Shown here one piece after another: positions 19,501 through 27,985 of a stretch of DNA of 64,000 nucleotides (positions are counted from its first letter, which is position 1; each line of letters begins with the position of its first letter). Location: positions 64,001-128,000 of the forward strand of contig CP070751.1 of assembly GCA_020348445.1 (NCBI GenBank), in the 5' to 3' direction. The notes beneath the pieces are model-generated. The model worked only from the letters and a program-made list of their open reading frames with translations, was not told the origin of the DNA and did not search any database. This DNA is from Thermoplasmata archaeon. GTDB taxonomy: Archaea; Thermoplasmatota; Thermoplasmata; GCA-020350865. Position numbers and translations under genes: made by a program.

Positions 19501-21124
19501 CGTCAGACGTTTCATGAACTACTTCACCCCGATCACGATAACTTCCACCGAAGGTATTATTCCATTGTTCATTACCTGATGAATCGGTCTTGATCAACCA
19601 GGTATTATAATCGACAGCACCATAAGATCGTGTAGTTCCAGTGATGATAAAGCCACCATCGGAGGTCTGTTTGGCTGAGTAAGCATAATCATAGTTACTG
19701 GTCCCGAAGGTTTTTTCCCAGCCTTTTTTATTCGATGAATGAGTCTTGATAAGCCATAAATCATAACCGCCAGCGCCATAAGATGCAGAATACCCACATA
19801 CGATATAACCGTCATCTGAGGTCTGCTGAACTGAACAACCATAATCATTATCATTCCCTCCGAAGATTTTTATCCACTGCTCATTACCTGATGAATCGGT
19901 CTTGATAAGCCACACATCGCTATTACCAGCACCATAAGATGTTGTATTACCCGTGAGAATATACCCCCCATTGGAGGTCTGATGGGCCGAAATACCATAA
20001 TCATCTGAAAAACCACCGAAGGTCTTGTCCCATTGCTTTATGCCCGTTGCGTTCGTCTTGATAAGCCAAGCGTCCTTATCGCCAGAACCATAAGAATTGG
20101 TATTTCCAGCCATAATATAGCCCTTATCCCAACTCAACTGGACTGAGAAAACAGAATCACTTAAACTACCGCCAAAGGTTTTATTCCATTGCTCTATACC
20201 CGTCTCGTTCGTCTTAACTAGCCACGCATCAATATCACCTGCACCAAAAGATTGAGTATATCCTGTAATAAGATAACCATTATCGGAGGTCTCTAGAACC
20301 GCTCGACCAATATCATCTAAAGTACCACCAAATGTTTTATTCCATTGCTCTTTACCTGATGAGTCGGTCTTGATAAGCCAGAAATCATAACCACCAGCCC
20401 CATATGACGATGTTTGTCCAGCGATGATAAAACCGCCATCGGTGGTTTGCTTAACTGCTCTACCATAATCATGTACATTCCCACCATAGGTTTTATTCCA
20501 TTGCTCTTTACCTGATGAATCCGCCTTGATCAGCCAGGTATCCCAGCCACCAACGGAGAAAGAATATGTGAAACCTGTGAGAATATACTCTCCATCAGAG
20601 GTCTGCTGGACTGAATAACCTCGATCATCATTACTTCCACCAAAAGTGCTATTCCATTGCTCATTACCATATGTATCTGTTTTGATCAGCCAAGCATCAG
20701 AACTACCTGCACCATAGGAAGCTGTCTGCCCAGCGATAATACAACCCCCATCTGAGGTGGGATAGACCGAATACCCACGGTCTATTGAACCCCCACCAAA
20801 AGTCTTATTTATTTTATTGAGTTTTACTTCGCCTTCTGCAGTATCCACGATTACATTTCTTTTATAATTGATATTTGATTCACTAATGAAATCGTCTTCG
20901 ATGTATTTTGTCTGCAGATCTAGTGTCACATTATCATCAAGTGTAGCCAGCACATTGTTCAATTCTCCACCGTTAAAATCCGCTTCACTCGTCTGCACCC
21001 AACTCGAACCTGCAGATGCATTCTCAACAAAAGGCTCATCAAAAGGCATTACCTGAATTACAGACAAAATCAACAATATCCCTAGACACCCTCGAAATAC
21101 TCGTCTTACCTTACACCCACACAT
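13535..21124 (-). CDS. Array gene 2: 2529-aa surface protein; 21-blade propeller head, 5 long and 2 short Ig-like repeats, TM, conserved tail
   Basis: ORF track plus hand count of NKTFGG...WLIKT units; MCG signal peptide. Confidence 0.92.
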   Translation of the reverse strand: MCGCKVRRVFRGCLGILLILSVIQVMPFDEPFVENASAGSSWVQTSEADFNGGELNNVLATLDDNVTLDLQTKYIEDDFISESNINYKRNVIVDTAEGEVKLNKINKTFGGGSIDRGYSVYPTSDGGCIIAGQTASYGAGSSDAWLIKTDTYGNEQWNSTFGGSNDDRGYSVQQTSDGEYILTGFTYSFSVGGWDTWLIKADSSGKEQWNKTYGGNVHDYGRAVKQTTDGGFIIAGQTSSYGAGGYDFWLIKTDSSGKEQWNKTFGGTLDDIGRAVLETSDNGYLITGYTQSFGAGDIDAWLVKTNETGIEQWNKTFGGSLSDSVFSVQLSWDKGYIMAGNTNSYGSGDKDAWLIKTNATGIKQWDKTFGGFSDDYGISAHQTSNGGYILTGNTTSYGAGNSDVWLIKTDSSGNEQWIKIFGGNDNDYGCSVQQTSDDGYIVCGYSASYGAGGYDLWLIKTHSSNKKGWEKTFGTSNYDYAYSAKQTSDGGFIITGTTRSYGAVDYNTWLIKTDSSGNEQWNNTFGGSYRDRGEVVHETSDGGFIIAGSTQSYGVGSNWDAWLIKTDSSGNELWNKTFGGSSIDYGEAVQETSDGGYIITGDIGSWGAGSWDAWLIKTNETGIEQWNRTFGGDDRDHGRAVLETPDGGFIIAGTTRSYGSVGNWTAWLIKTDSLGTEIWNKTFNVGDYSYGESLQQTSDGGFIIAGYTYLFSLGHRDVMLIKTDSSGNEQWNNSIGGNGWDQGYSVQETSDGGYVIAGYTSSFGDGYDAWLIKTDSLGNEVWNKIFGGSSGEYTYSVQQTFDGGYIIAGYTYSYGAGGTDAYLIKTDSSDVESWSKSFGGASYEYGYSVQQTFDGGFIITGDTSSFSVGTSDAWLIKTDSLGNEQWNKTLGSLVGGSGQSVQQTSDGGYIIVGYRWPFGGSNYDVWLIRTDSSGNKHWEKTFGGPQHDYGYSVQQTSDDGFILAGGTMSFGASNYNVWLIKTDSSGNEQWNKTFGVNFADRGYSVQQTTDGGFIIAGYIGGDVWLIKTDNNGDEIWNKTFGGASDPDYSYSVQQTTDEGYIIAGETNTYGAGGWDVWLIKTDSFGNEQWNKTFGGSGNDRGYSVQQTFDGGFIITGTIDSIKTDSLGNEKWFKFFWGGWGKEVQQTPNGGYIIVGDTYSYGIGVPGKPNIWLVKDDSSWGEIISNNILTDSKIYSINNFTCEVVKPFGTGIKVQFSKDSFNWYNSSGSINGWDTISGGTNLIDLTTLGWNGSRFYYHVNFYSDGIDTPILRNINLSYQQYFSLGTLVSEPYNTGGEVSWRTINWNATVPANTEIKFQLRSATTQGGLSVKNFVGPDGTPSTFYTTSGTNIWSGHHGEQWFQYEAYLNTSNTSITPVLHNLTIHFNLIPGPPGSLNPTDNFMTNDTTPYFSWSFNDSDSTQTEFQVVIDNDSSFTSLDYNSGEQSSSNEFWQFPSGTGYTTMAEGFWFWKVRTKDSDGNWSAYSSYQTLGIDITAPDPPGGISAEPSTWNSRNSFNISWTNPIDASGIAGVYYRLDSPPTSDTDGIFVVGSDITFLGNISVIGDGNHTIYVWLKDEAGNVNYLNYTTTYLHYDTTDPDSPIGVSAIPSSWTNMNSFNVSWTNPVDDAGIAGVYYKLYSAPTSNDDGIYVQGQEINNISGISVLDSGVHTIYIWLKDNANNVNFTTYSSTILFYDGLAPSSPINLKATPGDWTSTNSFTVSWTNPSEFSGIAGAFYKLKSAPTSDTDGTYVAGVDITYIDNIIVSGEGNHTIYVWLNDNLDNKDYNNHSIIYLLYDNSDPDPPIGLTANPATWNNTNSFDISWTNPSDTAGITGAYYKLDSAPTSDTDGTYVAGSNVTSLNGITVTGDGNHTIYVWLIDEAGNVNYLNYTTTYLYYDATAPDSPIGVSVTPSNWINTNSFDISWTNPSDLTGIAGAYYRFNSPPTSNTDGTLITNPGINSLMGIPVPLESSNEIFIWLVDDINNKDYTSYNTTYLYYDSSPPDSPLTVIANPSSWTDNTQPTITFETTDVVSGIDHYEISIDGESFSIQTSPYILPSQDDGIHNITVRAFDKAGNYIEGYVFVYIDTTGPESFTPTTSSEGWTSNTQPQISFSTTDDLSDIAHYEISIDGESFSIQTSPYTLPHQDNGIHNITIRAFDNVGNFIEEDIVVYIDTTPPVITHTPVTSGLKGTSIIIAATVTDENSGVASVTLFFKKQNEVVYTPIQMTLQENIYSAEISAATVDTDFIEYYIKAVDNSLPSNTIYFGKNGRVLTAPSTLDDIDILIQERDTIPPKVLDMSPDGSDVPIDSIITITFSETMIMNVTQSAFSITPHVEGKFEWVEMAGITLKFKPDIPLSYDTEYTVTISTSAKDLANIDLETEFNQAFQTEKEADAVQDKESFWDVWEPIITGATVLASIIVFLIGFLSIRRKRGKLKKHIDRIEDTFNEYKKDPQACEQELIALREDIKVDVRKGKIEENHFLILDKRIDDYLLDLKTMEKEEAGEVLEEDITEPVSEESISEEEDLGGGFE
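15140..16654 (-). repeat. 5 x ~101-aa Ig/FN3-like stalk repeats (gene 2)
   Basis: Unit WxxxNSFxxSWTNPxDxxGIAGxYYxLxSxPTSxTDG. Confidence 0.85.
17590..20809 (-). repeat. 21 x ~52-aa beta-propeller blade repeats (gene 2)
   Basis: Consensus [51 protein letters not shown], counted by hand. Confidence 0.9.
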
Positions 21125-21160
21125 ATATACCCCCCCGTTTTGTATAATTCCTGAAATTAA

Positions 21161-21191
21161 GATAGAATATGGATATTTAAGTTTATCTTTT
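21161..21191 (-). promoter_or_regulatory. Array promoter copy 2
   Basis: Plus strand gatagaatatggatatttaagtttatctttt. Confidence 0.75.
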
Positions 21192-21216
21192 TATCTGACC
21201 CTGGCCTCCCTCAATC

Positions 21217-24200
21217 CTATTCAAATCCACCGCTGATATCTTCTTCCTCTTCAGATATTGGCTCAGTCATATCCTCCTCCAACACCTCTCCTGCTTCCTC
21301 TTTTTCCATGGTTTTCAAATCCAATAAGTAGTCGTCTATCCTTTTATCCAATATCAGAAAATGATTTTCCTCGATCTTTCCCTTCCTAACATCGGCTTTA
21401 ATATCCTCCCTTAATTCAATCAGCTCCTTCTCGCATTCCTGAGGGTTCTGTTTGTATTCGTTGAATGTACTTTCTATTCTATCCATATATTGTCGAAGCT
21501 TGCTGCGTTTCTTTCTTACGGTAAGGAATCCAATAAGAAATACTATAATTGAAGCTAGAACTGTTGCACCAGTGATTATAGGCTCCCAGGTCTCCCAAAA
21601 TGACTCTTCGCCTTTCTCAGGATCTTCTTCTGTAGTAAAAGACCAACTATATTCATTCTCCAAATTATTACCCACAAAATCCTTTGCATCTGTTGAAATT
21701 GTGATAGTATATGTAGTTTCATACGATAAGGAAGAGTCCGGGGTAAAAACAAGCTTATTATATTCCCAAGTAAATTTTCCATCCACATAAGGTTCAATTG
21801 AAAATGCTTTTTTTGTATTGTCTTCTTGCATACGTTCACTAAATTGTAATGAGATAGTTGTGTCTATGGATATATCGACGCCTCTGGGTGTTTCTTCACC
21901 TATCGTTGGCGGGGAAACATCCTGAATTGAAGTGGTGATAAATTGCCAAGTAAACGCATTTTCTAAGTTATTACCAGCTATATCCTTTACCACGGTACCA
22001 ACAGTTACAGAATATGGTGTACCATACTCCATAGCATACTCCGAATTAAATATCAGTTTGTTTCCTTCCCAGTGGGCTGTTCCCGTAAGTTCAGGTGTGA
22101 TTGTAAATATATTATCTGTAATGGTTTTGTCCATTGCCTCACTAAACGTTACCGAGATTAAAGAACTTACAGGGACATTGTTGCCTTCTGGGAATTTCTC
22201 AATAATCGTTGGTGGTGTAATGTCTACATCCGATATCGTGATTACAATATCATTCTGGGAATTCGGCTCTTCAGAAACTTGACCGCCAGCACCATAATAT
22301 ACAATTGAGGGTTCAGAAGATTTATCTGCCGCCTTGAGGTAATAATCCACCCCGTCGACAGTGACTGTATCTGCAGGGATGTTGGCAGAATAAATATTAC
22401 CATTTCTCATCATTGTAATATTTGAAAATTTAGTGTCAATAATCTTCTTATAAAACAGCTCTACATAATCAACGCCGCTATGATCATCTGTAACGGTGGC
22501 TGATATAGTTATTGCAGAACCTTCATTACCGGCAGTAATAGGTGTATGTATTATAAGAGGGGATGTTGTGTCAATATGCACGTCGACATATCTGTCAATA
22601 TAATTTCCAGCCCTATCGTAAGCCCTGACAGTAATATTATATGTTCCATCTGACTGTGCAGGCAAAGTATAAGGACTTGTTTGGGTAGCAAAAGTGCCGT
22701 CGTTAATTCTGACTTCATAATGGTCAATACCGCTGGTTACATCGGTTGTAGAAAACGATATCTCGGGTTGATTGTCAGCTATCCAACCAGAAGGTGCAGT
22801 GGGATTGAAATCAACAGGATCGGTGGTATCGATATAAACTTCAACATAACCTTCAACGTAATTCCCAGCCAAATCAATAGCTCGCACTGTTATGTTATGT
22901 ACTCCATCAGACTGTGCTGGCAAAGTGTACGGGCTTGTCTGGATAGAATAACCTCCACCATCAATACTTACCTCATAATGGTCGATTCCGCTGAGTGTAT
23001 CGGTTGTAGAAAATGAAATAGTTGGCTGAGAATTATAGGTCCAACCACTTGGATCTGCTGTGGGAATAAAGTCATTTGGTAAAGTGGCATCTATGTATAC
23101 ATCAACAAAACCATCTCGATAATTACCCGCTTTGTCGTAGGCCCTTACTGTTATGTTATGTGTTCCATCAGACTGCTCAGGCAATGTATACGGGCTCATT
23201 TGGGTTGTGAAACTTCCACTGTCGATTTTCACTTGATAATAATCAATACCACTTGTTGCATCGATAGTGAAAAACGATATTTGAGGTTGGTTGTTGTTGG
23301 TCCAGCCATCAGGAGTGGCGAGGGGTGTGAAACTGTTTGGAGGAGTTATATCTATTGTTATATTCCAATAATTACTATACGGCGACCAATCGCCATCATT
23401 ATCCTTAACACGAACCTTCCAATAGTATATACCATCAGCTATTGTTGTATAACCTGTACCTGATGGGAACTGCCAGTATGGATTTGTGGAGCTCTGCTCT
23501 CCGCTGTCGTAATTCACACTATCGAACGCGCTGTCATCATCGATTAAAACCTCAAAGTCAGTTTGATAACCATCTAAATCGAAAAATGTCCAATCAAAGC
23601 TTGGTGTATTATTTATTGTTATCAGATTATTGGGTGGTGCTGTTAGAGTAGGTTCATTCGGAATAAGATTAAAGTGTATAGTTATATTATGCAAGATAGG
23701 CGAAACACTTGTGTTGGTCGTATAAAGATAGACTTTATATTGTATCCATTGATCACCATCATGGCCAGGCCATATATTTGATCCCGGTATGGTATAATTG
23801 GTCGACGAAGTACCGTCTGACCCTACAAAGTTCTTGGCCAATAAACCTCCTTGTGTTGAAGCGGTTCTCAATTGAAGTTTGATTTCCGTTCCAGGTGGTT
23901 TTGTGGCGCTCCAATTTAGAGTCCACCATGAAACTGATCCGCCGGTATCATACGATTCAGATTCAAATATACCTGATGGTTTATATTGTTGGTATGAAAA
24001 AATAATATTTTTAAGAATTGGCGTATCTATTCCATCAGAAGCGAAATTGACACGATAGTAAAACTGCGACCCGTTCCAACCTAACTGTTTAAAATTTATC
24101 ACATTGGTACTGCTGAATAAATTATCCCAGCCGTTCAAAGAACCTGTAGAATTATACCAACTGAGGGCATTTCTTGAAAATTGCACTTTTATACTGGTCC

Positions 24201-27200
24201 CTAGGGGTTTGACAACTTCAATTGTAAAGTTGTTGATTGCATACGCCACATCTCCCATGAACAGGTTCGTGGATATGATCTCGCCCCATGATGAATCGTC
24301 CTTCACAAGCCAGATATTGGGCAGGCTTGGAACACCTATACCATAAGAATTGGTATACCCCGCAATAATATAACCGCTGTCTGAAGTCTGATGGACTGAT
24401 CTTCCAGTGTCACTTTCACTTCCACCTAATATTTTAAACCATTTCTCACTACCAAACGAGTCGGTCTTGATTAGCCAGGCATTGTAACCACCTGTACCAT
24501 AAGAAATAGTAGAACCTGTGATAATAAATCCGCCGTCCGAGGTCTGCAGAACCGATTCACAATAATCTTGGGAACTCCCTCCGAAGGTTTTATTCCACTG
24601 CTCATTACCTGATGAATCGGTCTTGATAAGCCAGGCATCATATTTGCCTGCGCCATAAGATTGGGTATTTCCACCGATAATATAACCACCGTCGGAGATC
24701 TGATGGACAGAATAACCAGAATCAATATCACTCCCGCCGAAGGTCTTGTTCCAACTTTCGGTACCAGACGAATCAGTTTTGATAAGCCAGGCATCTGCAA
24801 TGCCGGCACCATAAGAATAGGTAATCCCTGCAATGATATAACCGCCGTCAGAGGTCTGCCAGACGGAATTGCCCCAATCATCTGAACTCCCGCCAAAGGT
24901 TTTGTTCCATGTTTCGTTACCTGACGAATCGGTCTTGATTAGCCAGGTATTATAACCCCCCGCACCATAAGATTCAGTGTAGCCTGCAATAATATAACCT
25001 CCATCTGAGGTCTGCTGGACGAAATTTCCAAAATCATGGATATTCCCCCCGAAGGTTTTGTTCCAACTTTCGGTTCCAGACGAATCGATCTTGATTAGCC
25101 ATGCATCTCTGAGGCCGACACCATAAGATTGGGTATTTCCAGCGATAATATACCCACCGTCGGCGGTCTGCTCGATGGAAGCTCCAAAATCATGATTACT
25201 CCCACCGAAGGTTTTATTCCATGTTTCGCTACCCGAAGAATCGGTCTTGATTAGCCAGGCATCATAACCACCGGCCCCATAAGATTCAGTGTAGCCTGCG
25301 ATAATATAACCTCCATCTGAGGTCTGCAGGACGGAAACCCCTTCATCACTTGAACTCCCACCGAAGGGCCGGCTCCAGCTCGCCACATCCTCTGAATTGG
25401 TCTTGATCAACCAGATATTAGGGTTGGACGGAGTACCGACACCGTAAGAATATGTACGTCCAACTAGGATATATCCACCATCTAAGGTCTGCTGGACATA
25501 ATAACCAAAATCATTTTCATTCCCACCGAAGATCTTATTCCATTGTTCTGCACCCGTGGAATCGGTTCGGATAAGCAATATATTTGATTTTGAAGGTGTA
25601 TTAATACCATAAGATCGGGTGGAGCCGATAATAATATACCCATCGTTTGCTGTCTGCTGGACACAGCGACCTACATCATTTTGGCTCCCACCGAAGGTAT
25701 TGTTCCAACTTTCAGCACCCGACGAATCGGTCTTGATAAGCCAGACATCATCGTTGCCTGTACCAAAAGACCCGGTATAACCAGCGGTAATATACCCACC
25801 GTCCGAGGTCTGCTGGACGGAATAACTAGTTTCATAATCACTTCCACCGAAGGTTTTGTTCCAAGTCTCAATTCCTGAGGAATCGGTCTTGATAAGCCAG
25901 GCATCTTCATTACCCGCACCATAAGAATAAGTGTGGCCGGCAATAATATAACCTCTGTCGGAGGTCTGCTGGACAGAATAACCACGATCATATTCAATCC
26001 CACCGAAAGTGTTGTTCCAAGTCTCAATTCCCAAGGAATCGGTTTTGATAAGCCAGGTATTTGATTTGAAAGGTGTATTAATGCCAAAAGATAAGGTATG
26101 GCCGGCAATAATATACCCCCCATCGAATGTTTGCAGAACCGATTCACCATAATCTGCGCTATCCCCTCCAAAAGTTTTGTTCCACTGCTCACTACCTGAA
26201 GAATTGGTCTTGATAAGCCATACGTCAATGTCGCTACCGCCATAGGATTTGGTATAACCTGTAATTATATATCCTCCGTCGACGGTCTGTTGGATGGAAT
26301 AGCTGGAATCACCATCACTCCCTCCAAAGGTCTTATTCCACTGTTCCTTTCCTGACGAATCGGTCTTGATGAGCCAAACATTTGATTGTGAAGGTGTATT
26401 AATACCATAAGAATAGGTGGTTGCCGCTATAATATACCCACCGTCCGAGGTCTGCTGGACGCAACGACTTCCATCATATTGACTTCCTTCAAAGATATTA
26501 TTCCAGTTCTCAACATCAGGCGAATCGGTCTTGATTAGCCAGACATCATAACCGCCGGCACTAAAAGATTCGGTATAGCCAGAGATAATATACCCTCCGT
26601 CAGAGGTCTGCCGAACGGACTTACAATAATCATATGTACTCCCACCGAAAAACTTAAACCATTTCTCACCACCAGACGAATCGGTCTTGATTAGCCACGC
26701 ATCATCTTTGCCTGCGCCCCAAGACTTTGTATTGCCACCGATAATATACCCACCGTCCGAGGTCTGTTGGACAGAATAACTTTCATCAAGAAAACTTCCA
26801 CCGAAGGTTTTGTTCCATGTTTCGCTGCCTGAAGAATTGGCCTTAATTAGCCAGGCATCAACACTACCAATACCATATGAATTGGTAGATCCAGCGATAA
26901 TATACCCTCCGTCGGAGGTCGGCTGGACGGAATTACCATGATCATATCCAATCCCGCCAAAGGTGTTGTTCCAACTTTCAGCACCTGATGAATCGGTCTT
27001 GATAAGCCAGACATCAGCACTGCCAGTGCCATAAGAATGAGTATATCCCGCAATAATATAACCCCCCCCAGAGATCTGATGGACTGAATAACCTTTATCA
27101 GTAGAACTCCCGCCGAAGGTTTTGTTCCATTGTTCATTACCTGACGAATCGGTCTTGATAAGCCAGACATCAGAGCCGCCAGCACCATAAGAACTGGTAT

Positions 27201-27909
27201 AGCCAGCGATAATATATCCACCATCGGAGGTCTGCTGGACATAATGACCTTCATCCTCAGAACTCCCGCCAAAGCTCTTGTTCCAACTTTCAGCACCTAA
27301 TGAATCGGTCTTGATAAGCCAGAAATCAGAGGCGCCAGCACTATAAGATATTGTATACCCAACGATAATATACTCCCCCTCTGAGGTCTGCTGAACACAA
27401 TAACCAATTTCAGATAAACTCCCACCGTAGGTTTTGTTCCAACTTTCAACACCAAACGAATCAGTCTTAATCAACCAGATATCATATCCGCCTGCACCAT
27501 AAGAACTGGTATAGCCAGCGATAATATACCCGCCGTCCGAGGTCTGCCGGACAGAATTACCCCCATCAGAAGAACTCCCGCCAAAGGTCTTGTTTATTTT
27601 ATTCAGTCTCACCTCGCCTTTGGAGGTATCCATAACGACGTTCCTTGAGTAATCGATCATTGATTCGTCGGTAAAATCGTCTTCGATGTATTTTGTCTGG
27701 AGCTCCAGTGTCACGTTGCCGTCAGGAGTGATTGTGATATTTTCTGGAGTTCCTGACAGGAAATCCGCCTCAGTCGTCTGCATCCAGCTCGAACCTCCAG
27801 AAGCGTTCTCAACAAAAGGCCCATCAAATGGCATTACCTGAATCACAGACAAAATCAGCAATATCCCTAGAGACACTCGAAATACTCGTCTTTCCTTACG
27901 CCCACACAT
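21217..27909 (-). CDS. Array gene 3: 2230-aa surface protein; 21-blade head, 3 short Ig-like repeats, 2 Big_5-like domains, TM, conserved tail
   Basis: ORF track plus hand count of repeats. Confidence 0.92.
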   Translation of the reverse strand: MCGRKERRVFRVSLGILLILSVIQVMPFDGPFVENASGGSSWMQTTEADFLSGTPENITITPDGNVTLELQTKYIEDDFTDESMIDYSRNVVMDTSKGEVRLNKINKTFGGSSSDGGNSVRQTSDGGYIIAGYTSSYGAGGYDIWLIKTDSFGVESWNKTYGGSLSEIGYCVQQTSEGEYIIVGYTISYSAGASDFWLIKTDSLGAESWNKSFGGSSEDEGHYVQQTSDGGYIIAGYTSSYGAGGSDVWLIKTDSSGNEQWNKTFGGSSTDKGYSVHQISGGGYIIAGYTHSYGTGSADVWLIKTDSSGAESWNNTFGGIGYDHGNSVQPTSDGGYIIAGSTNSYGIGSVDAWLIKANSSGSETWNKTFGGSFLDESYSVQQTSDGGYIIGGNTKSWGAGKDDAWLIKTDSSGGEKWFKFFGGSTYDYCKSVRQTSDGGYIISGYTESFSAGGYDVWLIKTDSPDVENWNNIFEGSQYDGSRCVQQTSDGGYIIAATTYSYGINTPSQSNVWLIKTDSSGKEQWNKTFGGSDGDSSYSIQQTVDGGYIITGYTKSYGGSDIDVWLIKTNSSGSEQWNKTFGGDSADYGESVLQTFDGGYIIAGHTLSFGINTPFKSNTWLIKTDSLGIETWNNTFGGIEYDRGYSVQQTSDRGYIIAGHTYSYGAGNEDAWLIKTDSSGIETWNKTFGGSDYETSYSVQQTSDGGYITAGYTGSFGTGNDDVWLIKTDSSGAESWNNTFGGSQNDVGRCVQQTANDGYIIIGSTRSYGINTPSKSNILLIRTDSTGAEQWNKIFGGNENDFGYYVQQTLDGGYILVGRTYSYGVGTPSNPNIWLIKTNSEDVASWSRPFGGSSSDEGVSVLQTSDGGYIIAGYTESYGAGGYDAWLIKTDSSGSETWNKTFGGSNHDFGASIEQTADGGYIIAGNTQSYGVGLRDAWLIKIDSSGTESWNKTFGGNIHDFGNFVQQTSDGGYIIAGYTESYGAGGYNTWLIKTDSSGNETWNKTFGGSSDDWGNSVWQTSDGGYIIAGITYSYGAGIADAWLIKTDSSGTESWNKTFGGSDIDSGYSVHQISDGGYIIGGNTQSYGAGKYDAWLIKTDSSGNEQWNKTFGGSSQDYCESVLQTSDGGFIITGSTISYGTGGYNAWLIKTDSFGSEKWFKILGGSESDTGRSVHQTSDSGYIIAGYTNSYGIGVPSLPNIWLVKDDSSWGEIISTNLFMGDVAYAINNFTIEVVKPLGTSIKVQFSRNALSWYNSTGSLNGWDNLFSSTNVINFKQLGWNGSQFYYRVNFASDGIDTPILKNIIFSYQQYKPSGIFESESYDTGGSVSWWTLNWSATKPPGTEIKLQLRTASTQGGLLAKNFVGSDGTSSTNYTIPGSNIWPGHDGDQWIQYKVYLYTTNTSVSPILHNITIHFNLIPNEPTLTAPPNNLITINNTPSFDWTFFDLDGYQTDFEVLIDDDSAFDSVNYDSGEQSSTNPYWQFPSGTGYTTIADGIYYWKVRVKDNDGDWSPYSNYWNITIDITPPNSFTPLATPDGWTNNNQPQISFFTIDATSGIDYYQVKIDSGSFTTQMSPYTLPEQSDGTHNITVRAYDKAGNYRDGFVDVYIDATLPNDFIPTADPSGWTYNSQPTISFSTTDTLSGIDHYEVSIDGGGYSIQTSPYTLPAQSDGVHNITVRAIDLAGNYVEGYVEVYIDTTDPVDFNPTAPSGWIADNQPEISFSTTDVTSGIDHYEVRINDGTFATQTSPYTLPAQSDGTYNITVRAYDRAGNYIDRYVDVHIDTTSPLIIHTPITAGNEGSAITISATVTDDHSGVDYVELFYKKIIDTKFSNITMMRNGNIYSANIPADTVTVDGVDYYLKAADKSSEPSIVYYGAGGQVSEEPNSQNDIVITISDVDITPPTIIEKFPEGNNVPVSSLISVTFSEAMDKTITDNIFTITPELTGTAHWEGNKLIFNSEYAMEYGTPYSVTVGTVVKDIAGNNLENAFTWQFITTSIQDVSPPTIGEETPRGVDISIDTTISLQFSERMQEDNTKKAFSIEPYVDGKFTWEYNKLVFTPDSSLSYETTYTITISTDAKDFVGNNLENEYSWSFTTEEDPEKGEESFWETWEPIITGATVLASIIVFLIGFLTVRKKRSKLRQYMDRIESTFNEYKQNPQECEKELIELREDIKADVRKGKIEENHFLILDKRIDDYLLDLKTMEKEEAGEVLEEDMTEPISEEEEDISGGFE
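24288..27594 (-). repeat. 21 x blade repeats (gene 3)
   Basis: Same consensus, counted by hand. Confidence 0.9.
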
Positions 27910-27946
27910 GTTTGCCCCCTCCGGTTTGTATAAATCCTGAAATTAA

Positions 27947-27976
27947 AATAAAATATGGATATTTAAGTTTATCTTT
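27947..27976 (-). promoter_or_regulatory. Array promoter copy 3
   Basis: Plus strand aataaaatatggatatttaagtttatcttt. Confidence 0.75.
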
Positions 27977-27985
27977 CTATTTGAA

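Noticed and set aside
21090-21124. Twin-arginine (Tat) signal in the RRVFR leaders
   Set aside because: The flanking residues (V before RR, V and R after) do not fit the S/T-RR-x-FL consensus, one copy has KR, and very large multidomain glycoproteins are more plausibly Sec substrates.
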